A stretch of 62,963 nt of DNA from a virus (taxonomy: Duplodnaviria > Caudoviricetes). Below are positions 11,301 through 20,768 of the stretch, piece by piece. The stretch lies in IMG/VR virus record IMGVR_UViG_3300042199_000105, positions 1 to 62,963 of that record; one strand, 5' to 3'. The translations under genes and the position numbers were made by a program. Under the pieces are notes generated by a model, which saw nothing but the letters and a program-made list of their open reading frames with translations, searched no databases and was not told the origin of the DNA. The stretch's first letter is position 1; the number at the start of each line of letters is the position of its first letter.

Positions 11301-11889
11301 ATCTAACATCTGTAATTGAACTTAGAACTGGAGTAGCAATATTTATGCAAGACGCATCTTTAATTCCTGCGGAAGCGTCTGTTGAACGAAAAAATAGTGG
11401 AAGTCTATGATATTGATTGAGTGTTCCTGTAAGTGCTAAATTTCCTGTAGATGATGCACAAACAGCCCTAGCATAAGCTCTATTAATAATTTCAATAGAA
11501 CCATTTTCTTCTATTCTAAAGTTGTGTAATTCTAATTTACCTAAGTCTGCGAAGTTACCAACTTCAATTAAAACGGGGAATCTAACAACTTTAGGTATGG
11601 CTGCTATGCAAGAACTTAGTGTTGTAAATACATTTCTATTAGCGGCTAGAACGGAGGCGGGAGCATCGGCAGAAACCGTTAAAGCCAATCCAGGGACACC
11701 TGCCGAGGTAGCGAAACCCGCCTGTTCCCAGAGTTCGTATGTTCTTTCTTCAACATCATATAATGGAAGGTTATCTTGTTCCCAATTATAGAAAGAGCTA
11801 GTGTCAAACTTGGATACATAAGGAGTCCAAGAGTTGTAAAGTTTTACGCTACCGCTACTGGTATAAATATCGTTTCTGTTAAAAGGCAT
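8323..11889 (-). CDS. Tail spike / pectin-lyase-like beta-helix protein
   Basis: 1188 aa with repeating beta-helix-like strands (GIEVINSDVVLENC, GFKFNNSKVIL, GFVIENSKL). Confidence 0.7.
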   Translation of the reverse strand: MPFNRNDIYTSSGSVKLYNSWTPYVSKFDTSSFYNWEQDNLPLYDVEERTYELWEQAGFATSAGVPGLALTVSADAPASVLAANRNVFTTLSSCIAAIPKVVRFPVLIEVGNFADLGKLELHNFRIEENGSIEIINRAYARAVCASSTGNLALTGTLNQYHRLPLFFRSTDASAGIKDASCINIATPVLSSITDVRLQRDGAVIFSTRHDLRTGPVFCSLDSSAVYDLLNASFANSNYPENIGITGDSTIGTLDFSAVRQTTQSVFTTTQRRNFAAGDFSTGNIYLNYLRKISIKNCDGPIYIRNFFVNGGGSTVNGIEVINSDVVLENCGAARCQEAGFKFNNSKVILSRSAYAYRNYKLTTTTTRQADTGYGFHIINSDVTLSSNPVAATSTGVGDAGGSNADAVFKSSKNYAGFVIENSKLRGGLTRSSNVQSSSCSVLGSDSNTGFGMILQNSILDLDGLIDVFHNNTGILSEGSNIKFEELCVELHNNEGLVAKNSIITWDPSYAAPTNAGQNNRTQIDFLRNGQHINLQNNSYFGFARKNSIPISYGNSKFNIAHGVIRWSGANKCNLPAISVDQGSMLDLLHPNIGVDSTSDALGNLPSYGRALKVTNSSKASLFGSKTGCNFVYGPSGVTNQSKMAGLYADNNSQINIHGPTAIAQFGVDILVENNSILNIEPPRVRDSFGLEVSGFDLGDGQNHTAVELHSTRACLVANKNSIINLNDLGAYPANWRRATFGPTYLGFGTDYPIDTYDVSAYTSSGSLQFYPNPQDTTAIGQFYLDNLENPNGLAFVAPTTITPTYPTFTSQTGLLQYFVVDNPLNGTTNFTTRGKITQGGVCVRATEDSVVNVKNVHFPVGTNSSPLDGLYYTTSGSECDRFMIWNIADTSRLNASFLSVSGMHPADSQYHGPSALWVSSANGISTTNVVPASGAPAGTPDTGSLSILDIFGAGSSVWIIPSGVTVNNPFNSFYPISGTLNAATIRLLGTAGINYNDSTRYLIGAGVGVYANQGPFRIYWSPKPSARVLQTDRGGFFKGAYPYATGGSFSGVVGPAYQIFAQGYNCSAPLSAVVPAGAANASGTYPDLLKFSNDSNSNGIPDSLWTSGFYYCSEMLEENPTQCILDESAAKTFANSQNASVGLAGRPKKVTIYSARSNTSIQSESYIGNVSGSIGFRSASIFDLSREN

Positions 11890-11890
11890 T

Positions 11891-12499
11891 TTAGAAGTTC
11901 AATGTCCATCTGAAGATTAGACTAAAATCACTAGTCTTTCGTATATTGCTAAAAGTTCTGTAGCAAACTAATATGGGTCTTGGTGTTGCATTACCTGTAG
12001 GATTTTTCATGAACATTCCTATCTCATTAAGATTAAGAGATTGTCCACTTCTACTAAGATTATTACAAGCATCTTCATCCAACACTAAAGTGTATCTTAC
12101 AGAAGAATTACCTATCCTAGTTATTTTATGTTTTGGAATTAGTGCAAATAATCTATTTGTTGTTATAGTACCAGCAGTTATTTGATCTCTAGTATCTAAA
12201 TAAAGATTACTATTTGCTCCATACTCAGTTCCAGATAATGCTCCTGAAAGTTGGAATATCGAGCTAGTAACTCCACCTGTAGGGGGTCCTGATACACCTA
12301 CTTGGAATCTATCTATTTGATAATCTAGAATACTTTTAGATCCAGATGCAGTAAAAAGATAGGAAAGTCCTACTCCCATTCCAGATACAATTATATTTGC
12401 ATCATCTAATAGAACTTCTTCAGTACCATCCTTCATTCTTTTAGTAATTGAAAGATGCCCTGTTATTCCTAATACTGAATTTTTATCGTTTTCTTTCAT
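11891..12499 (-). CDS. Baseplate/tail-fibre attachment protein, paralogue A
   Basis: 202 aa; clearly similar to 12529..13149 (IVSGMG, IDRFQVGVSGP, NEIG, DFSLIFRWT). Confidence 0.65.
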   Translation of the reverse strand: MKENDKNSVLGITGHLSITKRMKDGTEEVLLDDANIIVSGMGVGLSYLFTASGSKSILDYQIDRFQVGVSGPPTGGVTSSIFQLSGALSGTEYGANSNLYLDTRDQITAGTITTNRLFALIPKHKITRIGNSSVRYTLVLDEDACNNLSRSGQSLNLNEIGMFMKNPTGNATPRPILVCYRTFSNIRKTSDFSLIFRWTLNF

Positions 12500-12528
12500 C
12501 TCTTTATTATATAGTTATAAATTTATAT

Positions 12529-13149
12529 TTAACTAAAATTCAAGTTGTTAAAGATAGTCCATCTAAAAATCAAACTAAAATCATTAGTTTTCTTAATTTG
12601 ATTAAAAGTTTTATAGCATACTAATATAGGTCTATTTGAATCAGTATTACCTGTGGGGTTTCTCATTAGCATACCTATTTCGTTAATAAAAACTTCTTTT
12701 CCATCTCTTTTTATATTATTACACGATTCTTCATCCAAAACTAAAATATATTCAACCGAACCACTTGTATCTGATTTTTTAATTCTATGCATTGGAATTA
12801 AAACGGATGGTAGCATTTTTGTAGAATCGCCTATTAACTGTTCGGCATACTCAATTAAATTATTACTACCAGCCCCGTACTCTTCTACTGAGGTTAAAGG
12901 TCCGTAAAGTTCAGACAAAGAACTTAATATAGTAGTAGAAGGTCCAGATACCCCAACTTGAAATCTATCAATAATGTAATCATTCACATCATCAGATCCA
13001 TCTCCAGTAAAGGCGTGAGATAACCCAAAACCCATTCCAGAAACGATCATGTTCTTATCGTCTAGTAATACTGTTTCTACACCGTCTTTAGATTTTTTTA
13101 TAATCCTTAGATGTCCTCGTAATCCTACGTTATCTGACATACTTATCAT
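12529..13149 (-). CDS. Baseplate/tail-fibre attachment protein, paralogue B
   Basis: 206 aa; paralogue of 11891..12499. Confidence 0.65.
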   Translation of the reverse strand: MISMSDNVGLRGHLRIIKKSKDGVETVLLDDKNMIVSGMGFGLSHAFTGDGSDDVNDYIIDRFQVGVSGPSTTILSSLSELYGPLTSVEEYGAGSNNLIEYAEQLIGDSTKMLPSVLIPMHRIKKSDTSGSVEYILVLDEESCNNIKRDGKEVFINEIGMLMRNPTGNTDSNRPILVCYKTFNQIKKTNDFSLIFRWTIFNNLNFS

Positions 13150-14282
13150 AGGAATCTAAGTCTCCACTTAATTGTTAGATCTTTATATTTATCTTCTCCA
13201 GTATTACCACCAAAAGGTTCTATAAATCCTAAATTTTTACTTAAACCTTTCCTACAGAAAAGTTTATATTTTCTTGGATTATTTAACACACTAAATCTAA
13301 AAGGAGGATTGTTACCAGCCTCTATTGATTTTTGCATATCAATTGTCCATAGACCAAGGTGATAAATTCCTCCATAAAAGTTTGCATAAGCTAAATCCCC
13401 AGCCCCTAAAGCTACAGAATACTCCACTATACCATTTGAGGAAAAGCTACCATTTGCAGACAGGCACAATCCACTAGCTACACTGCTCATAAGATATCCT
13501 GGTCTTGGAACACTAGACATAATCATATTAACAAAACCAGAAACATCCATTGAACTAGCTGCATTAAATAATCCAGCAGATGTTGATAATCCTGCATATT
13601 GTGTATCTTCAGGAATAACAGAAGTATTACTTGTTCTTCGTAAGAAGTATCTTTGTCCTAATCTAGGGTTAGACATTGTTCCACTTCCATCTGGAAAACA
13701 TCCCATTAAACTTGCTACTAAGACTGCTGAAGTATTATTGCTAAATGGAGTACCAATAACCATCTGTTTATAAATTGAAGATGGTAAAAAGTTAGTTAAT
13801 TGACCATTAGGAGGGAATACGGAACTAACAGAAATCCCTCCAACTGTAGCAGACATTTCTATATTAGGTTCTAAAACTTTTAATGTGGGATCTGGAGCTA
13901 CAGGTAATCCTGCAACAGGAACATAATTTAATGGGTAGGGATAAGGAGTGTTTGGAGAGTTTATTGAAGATATAAAAGATACTACAGGCATTACTCCGCT
14001 AGTAGCAACAATTGTTGCAAGATAACCTGCTAAACTTTCTTTAGATACATTATTAGCATGAGCATTTTCATTATATGCATCCTTACCTGTTCCAAATGAT
14101 ATTGCTTGAATTGTATAATTAGATGCATCTAATATAGCTGAAGTGGAAGTATTAGCAATACCAGATAAAGAAGGTGATAATGTCATTATATCTGCTAACA
14201 GCTCACCAGCACCATCAACAATCATGTTGGGTTCTCTAAGAACTAACTCATCTCCAGACCAAATTTCTACTTCGCCTCTCAT
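13146..14282 (-). CDS. Baseplate-associated protein, distant paralogue of the two downstream genes
   Basis: MRGEVEI...NMIVDG start and LTIKWRLRF end echo the downstream pair. Confidence 0.55.
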   Translation of the reverse strand: MRGEVEIWSGDELVLREPNMIVDGAGELLADIMTLSPSLSGIANTSTSAILDASNYTIQAISFGTGKDAYNENAHANNVSKESLAGYLATIVATSGVMPVVSFISSINSPNTPYPYPLNYVPVAGLPVAPDPTLKVLEPNIEMSATVGGISVSSVFPPNGQLTNFLPSSIYKQMVIGTPFSNNTSAVLVASLMGCFPDGSGTMSNPRLGQRYFLRRTSNTSVIPEDTQYAGLSTSAGLFNAASSMDVSGFVNMIMSSVPRPGYLMSSVASGLCLSANGSFSSNGIVEYSVALGAGDLAYANFYGGIYHLGLWTIDMQKSIEAGNNPPFRFSVLNNPRKYKLFCRKGLSKNLGFIEPFGGNTGEDKYKDLTIKWRLRFL

Positions 14283-17200
14283 TAGTTATCAAACTCCACG
14301 CTAATATAGTTATTATAGTTAGCTTGTTTTGTATTAGAAACCCAATCAGGACTGATTCTATAATTTAGTCTACTTCCACCACTAAGTTCAAGTGTACCAG
14401 ATGTTATAATTGCATTTCTTGATGCTAAGTTGGTAGAATACTCTCCAGAACTTTGACCAATCAATCCATTGAAGAATTTTAAAACGTCTAGTAGTTGATC
14501 TTTTGTTAAATAAATTTTATCTTCTTTAACAAATTTCTTAAGAGGTATACCGCTAGTCTCTACTCCATAACCAGTGCCTATTCCAGCGTTCTCTTTTAAT
14601 GTAAGATCTTGTAATTCTATTGAATCAATTAAAAGATACTTTTTAGAATCCTGATTAGGTACGAAGAAAACTTCTACAATATAATTAGTAAGATCCGTAT
14701 GAACTTGATTTACTTTTTGATAATCACTATCTGCTAAAGGAATAAGTTTTAAATATTCAAAGTTATTATTTGTAGTGTAGTTACGAGTATCAAAAGGTAT
14801 TTCAAAAGTTTCTAAATACGATCTACTTATATTGTTAATTGATCGTGGATTATTAGAAGAATCCGCAAGTTGAATATAAGTATCTAGGCACTTATACCCT
14901 GTATCTGGATCGTCTATATCATTAATTGAGAAGTTATAGATATGAGATAGCTGTGTAAGAACTGAATCTATAGACAGGTTATTCTCGTCAAATCTTTCCC
15001 ATGCGTTTCTAGGAGTCCAAGACCAGAATACACCACTTACAGGTCTTGTGTGAATCCAAACTCCTAGCTTTCCTCCTCCTAAAATTGGTGAAGTTTCGTC
15101 ACCAACAACGGCATTTACTTTAAGTTTAAATTCATGATCTTTTATTAAATAATTTCTTCTTTCTCCATATGAAGATAAATCAAATCTAAGTCTAGGAAGT
15201 CCTCCTAAAGATTTACATCTGATAACAGTATTATTTACTAAATAGTTTTCTTTTCCTGGAATAGCTGTGGATGGATCTAATCTAAAAACACTAAACGAGT
15301 TTCTAGCTGTTGCTCCTGAAATATCACAAAATTCAATACCACTAAGAATATGTGGATTCCTAAACTCTGCGTTGTACTCAGCACCAGCACTAAATATTCC
15401 TATTAAAGGAATTACACAGTTACCTAAACTACTTGCGATATAAGTACCTGTATTAGAAGTATTCCAAACAGTTGCTACATTAATAGAGCTTATAGGATCT
15501 AAAGTTTTAGAAATGTAAGAGGATCCAGCAGACCCTGCCAAAGAGAAATCACAATTATATATTCCATTTCCAAAAACATGAGCAAAGATATTTCCACCAG
15601 TCTTATCTTTCTCATCTTGAGTTAAAGCGTGCTTAGAGAAATAAGCACAGTAGTCTTTAAATAGTTTATGCAATCCAGTTCCAAAACTAAAGTTTTCATA
15701 GTCTGATAATGAGTTTAAAATAAAACCACTTGCAATTAAACTATTAGCTAAACTTTCTACATTGTTTTTCCAATAAGCATCTACGGAGTATACACTTAAA
15801 TTATTTTCTATTAATTTAGATGCATAAGATTTTGCTTTCTCTGTAAAAAGCTCATGCATGGTTATATAAATTTCAGGAACTTGACCTCTATCAATATACT
15901 TAGAAGTTCTAGATCCTTCTTCAGGCATCTTAGCATTTGAACCTAAAGTATACAAACCACGATAAGGGAATGTTGCACTAGTAAATACACCAGAGAACTG
16001 TCTTTGAGAACTTAAATTTTCACAATAGTGCCATACACCAGATGGATTTATTGGATCTACTATTGGGAAAAACTTACCTGCTGAAGCAACGTATCCAAGT
16101 GTAAACTCTCCAAGAGAAGAAGGTAAAGATCTTTCTAATACAGAAGTATCATAACTAACTGGGCCGTTGAATCCTGTTCTATCGTAGTAACTTTCTCTAG
16201 GTAAAAGGTATTTTAAGTTTCTTCTTCTTAAATCTCTTCTTGGAGCAGTTACTATAGCTCCAGTAGACGATACTAAAGAATCAAGAATTTCATTTACTTT
16301 ATCTCTCTTAAAAGTATTTAATCCACCCCGACCACTGTCTGAACCTAAAGATGCGCTATCTCCTCCACCTCCTGCAAAGGACATGGATACTCCACTTATA
16401 GCATATCCAGCTAGTATGGATGATTGACTATAACCAGATCTTAAATCATCTTGATCAAGCTCGACATATTGATATTCTGTATCAGCAATAGTAAATGTTT
16501 CGTCTGTATATCTTCCAGTCACGTTCATTCTTAATATGGCGTGTGCTGGTGAAAATTCTTTTATAACTCTTGAAGCTTGGTATAACGCATCTTTGCTATC
16601 ACTTTCAATTGATGTTTTACCAAAATCAAAATCAGAATCTTCAAAGCTAACAAACAAATGAGATGATTTACCATTCCATAAGCTTAACACGTTCTTATCG
16701 TAAGAAGTAATGTTGCTCATTACCTCATCGAAGTTTGGTGGAGTCTGTCTACTATCAAAGAACATTAACCACTCATTCAATATAGAAAGATCTGTGTTGT
16801 TCGATACAGCATTTTGAATTAAGAAAGATTTAACTTGATCAGCAAATTCTTTTCTAACTTTGAAACACTTTAATCTCTCTATTAGGAAATCCACCATATC
16901 AGCAGTTATTGTGGAATCTTTATAGAACTTATATTCTTCAAAAGGTGGTAATGGATAATTATTTTTTTCTCTATAGTTAAATAAGAAATTAAAATCACCT
17001 GTTGTCTTTAAATATGTTGGTCGTTTATTTGCTGGTGGAGGATTCAATCCAGCCATATAAACTCCATAGCCTAAAGGTCCATATCCAGTAGCTGCTTCAA
17101 AACTCTTAGACTCATTATTCCTTTCAGCTAGGATCTTCAGACCTTGATATTCGCGTCCACCAAATTCAAAGACATGGAATGAACGCATATTAGGTTCGCC

Positions 17201-18700
17201 AACAATTGTATAAAGTTCAGCCTGATTTCCTTGATCATCTAGATAATAAAGTCTTGGAGGATCAAATGGTTTTCCATTATATAAGAAATTTTGTGGAAAC
17301 TTCTTATACATATCTAAAAGTATTGAATCGGTTACAATCTTTAAGTTATCTTCAATACTCTTATTGCTATACTCATAAACTCCACCTTGCAAAGCAATTG
17401 ATTTAGTCCAAGTACTTAAATCTTTAAATAAGGGTGATTCAGTATATAAAGAATACCAGATAATCTGAGGAAGATACGACTCCCAAAGTTCTTGAACTTT
17501 TCCTTTTAAATCAAAAATAGAATCAACAATTAAAGAGTTAATTGCTGCTTGTATAGCCTCTAGAGTTCCTGTCTTTTTATAAAGATCAACTGCTATGCTT
17601 AACTGATGTCTCCATTTAGTAGGAGAACTTCCTCTTAGTTTAAATCCAATTAAATCAGCTATTAATTCTAAATGCTCATCTCTAACATTCTGTAAATCAT
17701 AAATTAGACCTATGTTCTCAACTTCATTAGAAATATCTGCTATATTGTAACCTAGCAAATTTGAGAATTTTCTTAAAGGTCCTTTAGATACATAGTCAGT
17801 AAGATAATACCCTGTATTTATGAAATCATCAAAAGCATCTTTAACTCTGTAATCCGTCTTATCAATATATAAAGGAGAATAAACAATATCTACTAAAGTT
17901 TTAAGATTTTCTAATCTTTGAATTCCACTAGTGTATGTTGCGACTATTCCTACGCTAGGATCTAGAATTGCGTCTAAAGTGCCTGAAACATATTTTGATG
18001 GTAAGTAATTATCAAAAGAACATACTGAATTATTTCTCCATAAATATTCAGTTACTCCTTTTATACCATCAACGGTTGTTAGAGTTTTTCCTAAATATAA
18101 GCTATTAAGAGACTCTAAAACATAACTAGAAGGACTGTATGTTAAACTTCCATTAGCAGAAGTGTTTAAGAAATAGAACCACCCTAGGGAATCAACTAAA
18201 TGATTGTGTACACTACTTGCATTTGAATTAGAAGTTAATGCAGATAATGTAGAAATATTTTGCTCTAAAGCGTGAGACTGTGTGGCTGTTGCTAATCTTA
18301 TTTTAGGTAAAAGATTAGATGAAAGATATGTGTTGAATTCTGCACTGGTGTCAAAATTAGCTAAACTAGTTCCTAGTGGAAGTAGTATTTGAGTTTCAAA
18401 TTCATACGGAGAAATTTGAGTTAAATCATTTTGCTTTATAAAATATTGACAAATTCCACTAATATTACCTAGATTTTTAGTTTGAGTTCCAGGAATAGAA
18501 GATATAGAAAATACTGTGGATATATTATTGGCTAATCTTATATTACTATTTATTAATTCAGATACTGGATTTAATTCAGTTCCGCTAAGATTATAATCCT
18601 CTGAAAGATACACATCAGGTATTAGCTTTTCTAATACCTCAACGAAGTTAGTTTTGGTATATCTTCTTCTTTGTGGTTTGAACTTATCTACGTTGTTCAT
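14282..18700 (-). CDS. Large baseplate wedge protein (gp7/P2 gpI-like)
   Basis: 1472 aa, immediately after gp6; HLELIADLIG...LYKKTGT segment resembles the tail protein I domain. Confidence 0.65.
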   Translation of the reverse strand: MNNVDKFKPQRRRYTKTNFVEVLEKLIPDVYLSEDYNLSGTELNPVSELINSNIRLANNISTVFSISSIPGTQTKNLGNISGICQYFIKQNDLTQISPYEFETQILLPLGTSLANFDTSAEFNTYLSSNLLPKIRLATATQSHALEQNISTLSALTSNSNASSVHNHLVDSLGWFYFLNTSANGSLTYSPSSYVLESLNSLYLGKTLTTVDGIKGVTEYLWRNNSVCSFDNYLPSKYVSGTLDAILDPSVGIVATYTSGIQRLENLKTLVDIVYSPLYIDKTDYRVKDAFDDFINTGYYLTDYVSKGPLRKFSNLLGYNIADISNEVENIGLIYDLQNVRDEHLELIADLIGFKLRGSSPTKWRHQLSIAVDLYKKTGTLEAIQAAINSLIVDSIFDLKGKVQELWESYLPQIIWYSLYTESPLFKDLSTWTKSIALQGGVYEYSNKSIEDNLKIVTDSILLDMYKKFPQNFLYNGKPFDPPRLYYLDDQGNQAELYTIVGEPNMRSFHVFEFGGREYQGLKILAERNNESKSFEAATGYGPLGYGVYMAGLNPPPANKRPTYLKTTGDFNFLFNYREKNNYPLPPFEEYKFYKDSTITADMVDFLIERLKCFKVRKEFADQVKSFLIQNAVSNNTDLSILNEWLMFFDSRQTPPNFDEVMSNITSYDKNVLSLWNGKSSHLFVSFEDSDFDFGKTSIESDSKDALYQASRVIKEFSPAHAILRMNVTGRYTDETFTIADTEYQYVELDQDDLRSGYSQSSILAGYAISGVSMSFAGGGGDSASLGSDSGRGGLNTFKRDKVNEILDSLVSSTGAIVTAPRRDLRRRNLKYLLPRESYYDRTGFNGPVSYDTSVLERSLPSSLGEFTLGYVASAGKFFPIVDPINPSGVWHYCENLSSQRQFSGVFTSATFPYRGLYTLGSNAKMPEEGSRTSKYIDRGQVPEIYITMHELFTEKAKSYASKLIENNLSVYSVDAYWKNNVESLANSLIASGFILNSLSDYENFSFGTGLHKLFKDYCAYFSKHALTQDEKDKTGGNIFAHVFGNGIYNCDFSLAGSAGSSYISKTLDPISSINVATVWNTSNTGTYIASSLGNCVIPLIGIFSAGAEYNAEFRNPHILSGIEFCDISGATARNSFSVFRLDPSTAIPGKENYLVNNTVIRCKSLGGLPRLRFDLSSYGERRNYLIKDHEFKLKVNAVVGDETSPILGGGKLGVWIHTRPVSGVFWSWTPRNAWERFDENNLSIDSVLTQLSHIYNFSINDIDDPDTGYKCLDTYIQLADSSNNPRSINNISRSYLETFEIPFDTRNYTTNNNFEYLKLIPLADSDYQKVNQVHTDLTNYIVEVFFVPNQDSKKYLLIDSIELQDLTLKENAGIGTGYGVETSGIPLKKFVKEDKIYLTKDQLLDVLKFFNGLIGQSSGEYSTNLASRNAIITSGTLELSGGSRLNYRISPDWVSNTKQANYNNYISVEFDN

Positions 18701-20310
18701 TAGCTTAACAACTCTATATTAATAGTTAAATTATTCAACTGAATAATTTCATTGAAATCCAATGGAACGTCTTGATCTAAATTGTCTATTGTAGAAAATC
18801 TAACCTCATCTATCTCAAATATCTGTCTGTTTAACTCAGCTATTGATAAGGCTTCTCCGAAATTTCTATTATCGGCATTCATGTAATCTAAAATAGTATC
18901 TCTAACTTTACTGGTTATTTCATTTTCTTTATTTTTTAAATCTTTATCAATTTTAATTGTTACAACTAAATCTAAAGTTCTGATTAGTCCATCAGCTATA
19001 ACCACATCGTCAGTAGCCATCTTCTTCAAGTTTATAGCATTTAATAACTGTGTTTTAAAGTTAGTAGTCGCTTTCTGTAGTTGTATATCAGAAGCTTTTT
19101 CTAGAACATAAATATCTATTATGTTTGCAGAAGAGTATGCTTTTCTTACGGCTGCTGTAGCCTTACCTACTGTTCCGTAGTTACTTATAAATGAATTTGC
19201 AAAAACAGAATAATCTTCTAAAGTAACTACTCTATCTTGTCTTCTAAAAGTTAAAGGAGCATATTTCTTAGCGTGCTGTATAGTTTCTGCATTAGTACCT
19301 CCTGTAGCTTTTGAAGAATTAATAAGAGTTGCATTTAAAGTGGCTCCAGTCCTTCCTATTGGACTCATTGAAGTCGATATTACATTTTTTTCTAGATTTC
19401 CTCTTGTTCCACCACCAACTCTATATTGAACTAAAAAGGTAGAGCTATTGCTTGGACTTACTCCTACCGCACCATCTCCAAATATTACTGTAGCATTATA
19501 ATTATCATCATATTCAACTTGGAATATTCTATCACTTCCACCAGAAGCGAAATAAATATTTTGAACTTCTGTATACGCACCATTAGCTGTAGTTTTATCT
19601 GGATCGGTTACGAATACTTGGACACTTCCATCAACTACAGGACCATTAGATAATTTTATGCTTTTAACTGATTCAGTTGCAGTAAAATCTCCTGATTCAG
19701 AAACTAAAGCACCTTCCTGTAAAACTAAATTTTGAAATATGGCTTTTCTACCTCCTAAACCTTCAGCTTCTGGATATAGAAGAATATTTCCGTTAGAATT
19801 TATAGTATCTACTAAACCATTAACAATCTTATATAGTGTATAAGATATTGTAACTCCATCCTCTGGAGATGTTATTGTTATAACTCTTTGAGAGGGTTGA
19901 ATTGTAACAGTTTCTCCTGCTGTATAACCAGTTAGTGATTGAACAATACTTAATTGAGCTTGAGCAGCGGCTGAAAGAGGTCCTTTCATTCTAACTCCAA
20001 TAAGTTCTAAAAGTTTTTTAACGCTTGATCGTTGTCTGGCAGTTGCTAGAAAGTTTTCATTAGCCAACATATCTGCTTTCATGGACATAACAGAACCCAT
20101 GTAAGCAACAAGCTCTATAAGCATCATTCCAAAGTCGGATTCAGTAAAGTATTGATAATCGTTTGGATATACAGTTCTAGCATATTGAATTAGCGAATTT
20201 CTTAGGGATAAAAAATCGTTATTAGAAAAATTAATTAAAGTTGGTCTTTTCTGAATTGGGATTTCAGCCAACTTCATGAAATCAGAAGATATACCTCCAG
20301 AGAAATTCAT
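18700..20310 (-). CDS. gp6: Baseplate wedge subunit (T4 gp6 / baseplate J-like)
   Basis: ENFLATARQRSSV, FGDG, YRVGGG, QDRVVTLEDY motifs. Confidence 0.9.
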   Translation of the reverse strand: MNFSGGISSDFMKLAEIPIQKRPTLINFSNNDFLSLRNSLIQYARTVYPNDYQYFTESDFGMMLIELVAYMGSVMSMKADMLANENFLATARQRSSVKKLLELIGVRMKGPLSAAAQAQLSIVQSLTGYTAGETVTIQPSQRVITITSPEDGVTISYTLYKIVNGLVDTINSNGNILLYPEAEGLGGRKAIFQNLVLQEGALVSESGDFTATESVKSIKLSNGPVVDGSVQVFVTDPDKTTANGAYTEVQNIYFASGGSDRIFQVEYDDNYNATVIFGDGAVGVSPSNSSTFLVQYRVGGGTRGNLEKNVISTSMSPIGRTGATLNATLINSSKATGGTNAETIQHAKKYAPLTFRRQDRVVTLEDYSVFANSFISNYGTVGKATAAVRKAYSSANIIDIYVLEKASDIQLQKATTNFKTQLLNAINLKKMATDDVVIADGLIRTLDLVVTIKIDKDLKNKENEITSKVRDTILDYMNADNRNFGEALSIAELNRQIFEIDEVRFSTIDNLDQDVPLDFNEIIQLNNLTINIELLS

Positions 20311-20768
20311 TGTATATTAACCTCTACATCAAAAATTTTTAAGGAATCTGAGTCTAACTTTAAACTTAAAACTACCTGTAAGGAGTTTCCTCCCATAGGT
20401 CCAAAATCTCCTGTTGGGAAAACAGCTACTTTAGCTAGTTTAGCTCCGACTATATATTTATTAAAAGATAAAACTATATCGTTTTTTATCTCTTCAAAAG
20501 TTGTTTCGTCAAGTGGTTGAAATAAGTATTTTTTTAAATTACACCCATAATTAGGAAGCATAACTCTTTCTCCTCTTTCGGTTAAAAGAAGTTGCTTTAC
20601 TGCTCCCTTAATTAACTCTATACCCGTTTTTTTACGGAAATAAGAATTTGGATTAGCTCCAGCAGGGAACTCAAATCCATAGATGTCTTGTTTATGTACT
20701 TTTGGAGACTCTAAAATATAGTCTGTTTGTATTGTGCCATAAACATTTGTAGTTAAATTAGCAGCCAT
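20307..20768 (-). CDS. gp25: Baseplate wedge / sheath initiator (T4 gp25-like)
   Basis: LLLTERGERVMLPNYGCNLKKYLFQP signature. Confidence 0.92.
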   Translation of the reverse strand: MAANLTTNVYGTIQTDYILESPKVHKQDIYGFEFPAGANPNSYFRKKTGIELIKGAVKQLLLTERGERVMLPNYGCNLKKYLFQPLDETTFEEIKNDIVLSFNKYIVGAKLAKVAVFPTGDFGPMGGNSLQVVLSLKLDSDSLKIFDVEVNIQ

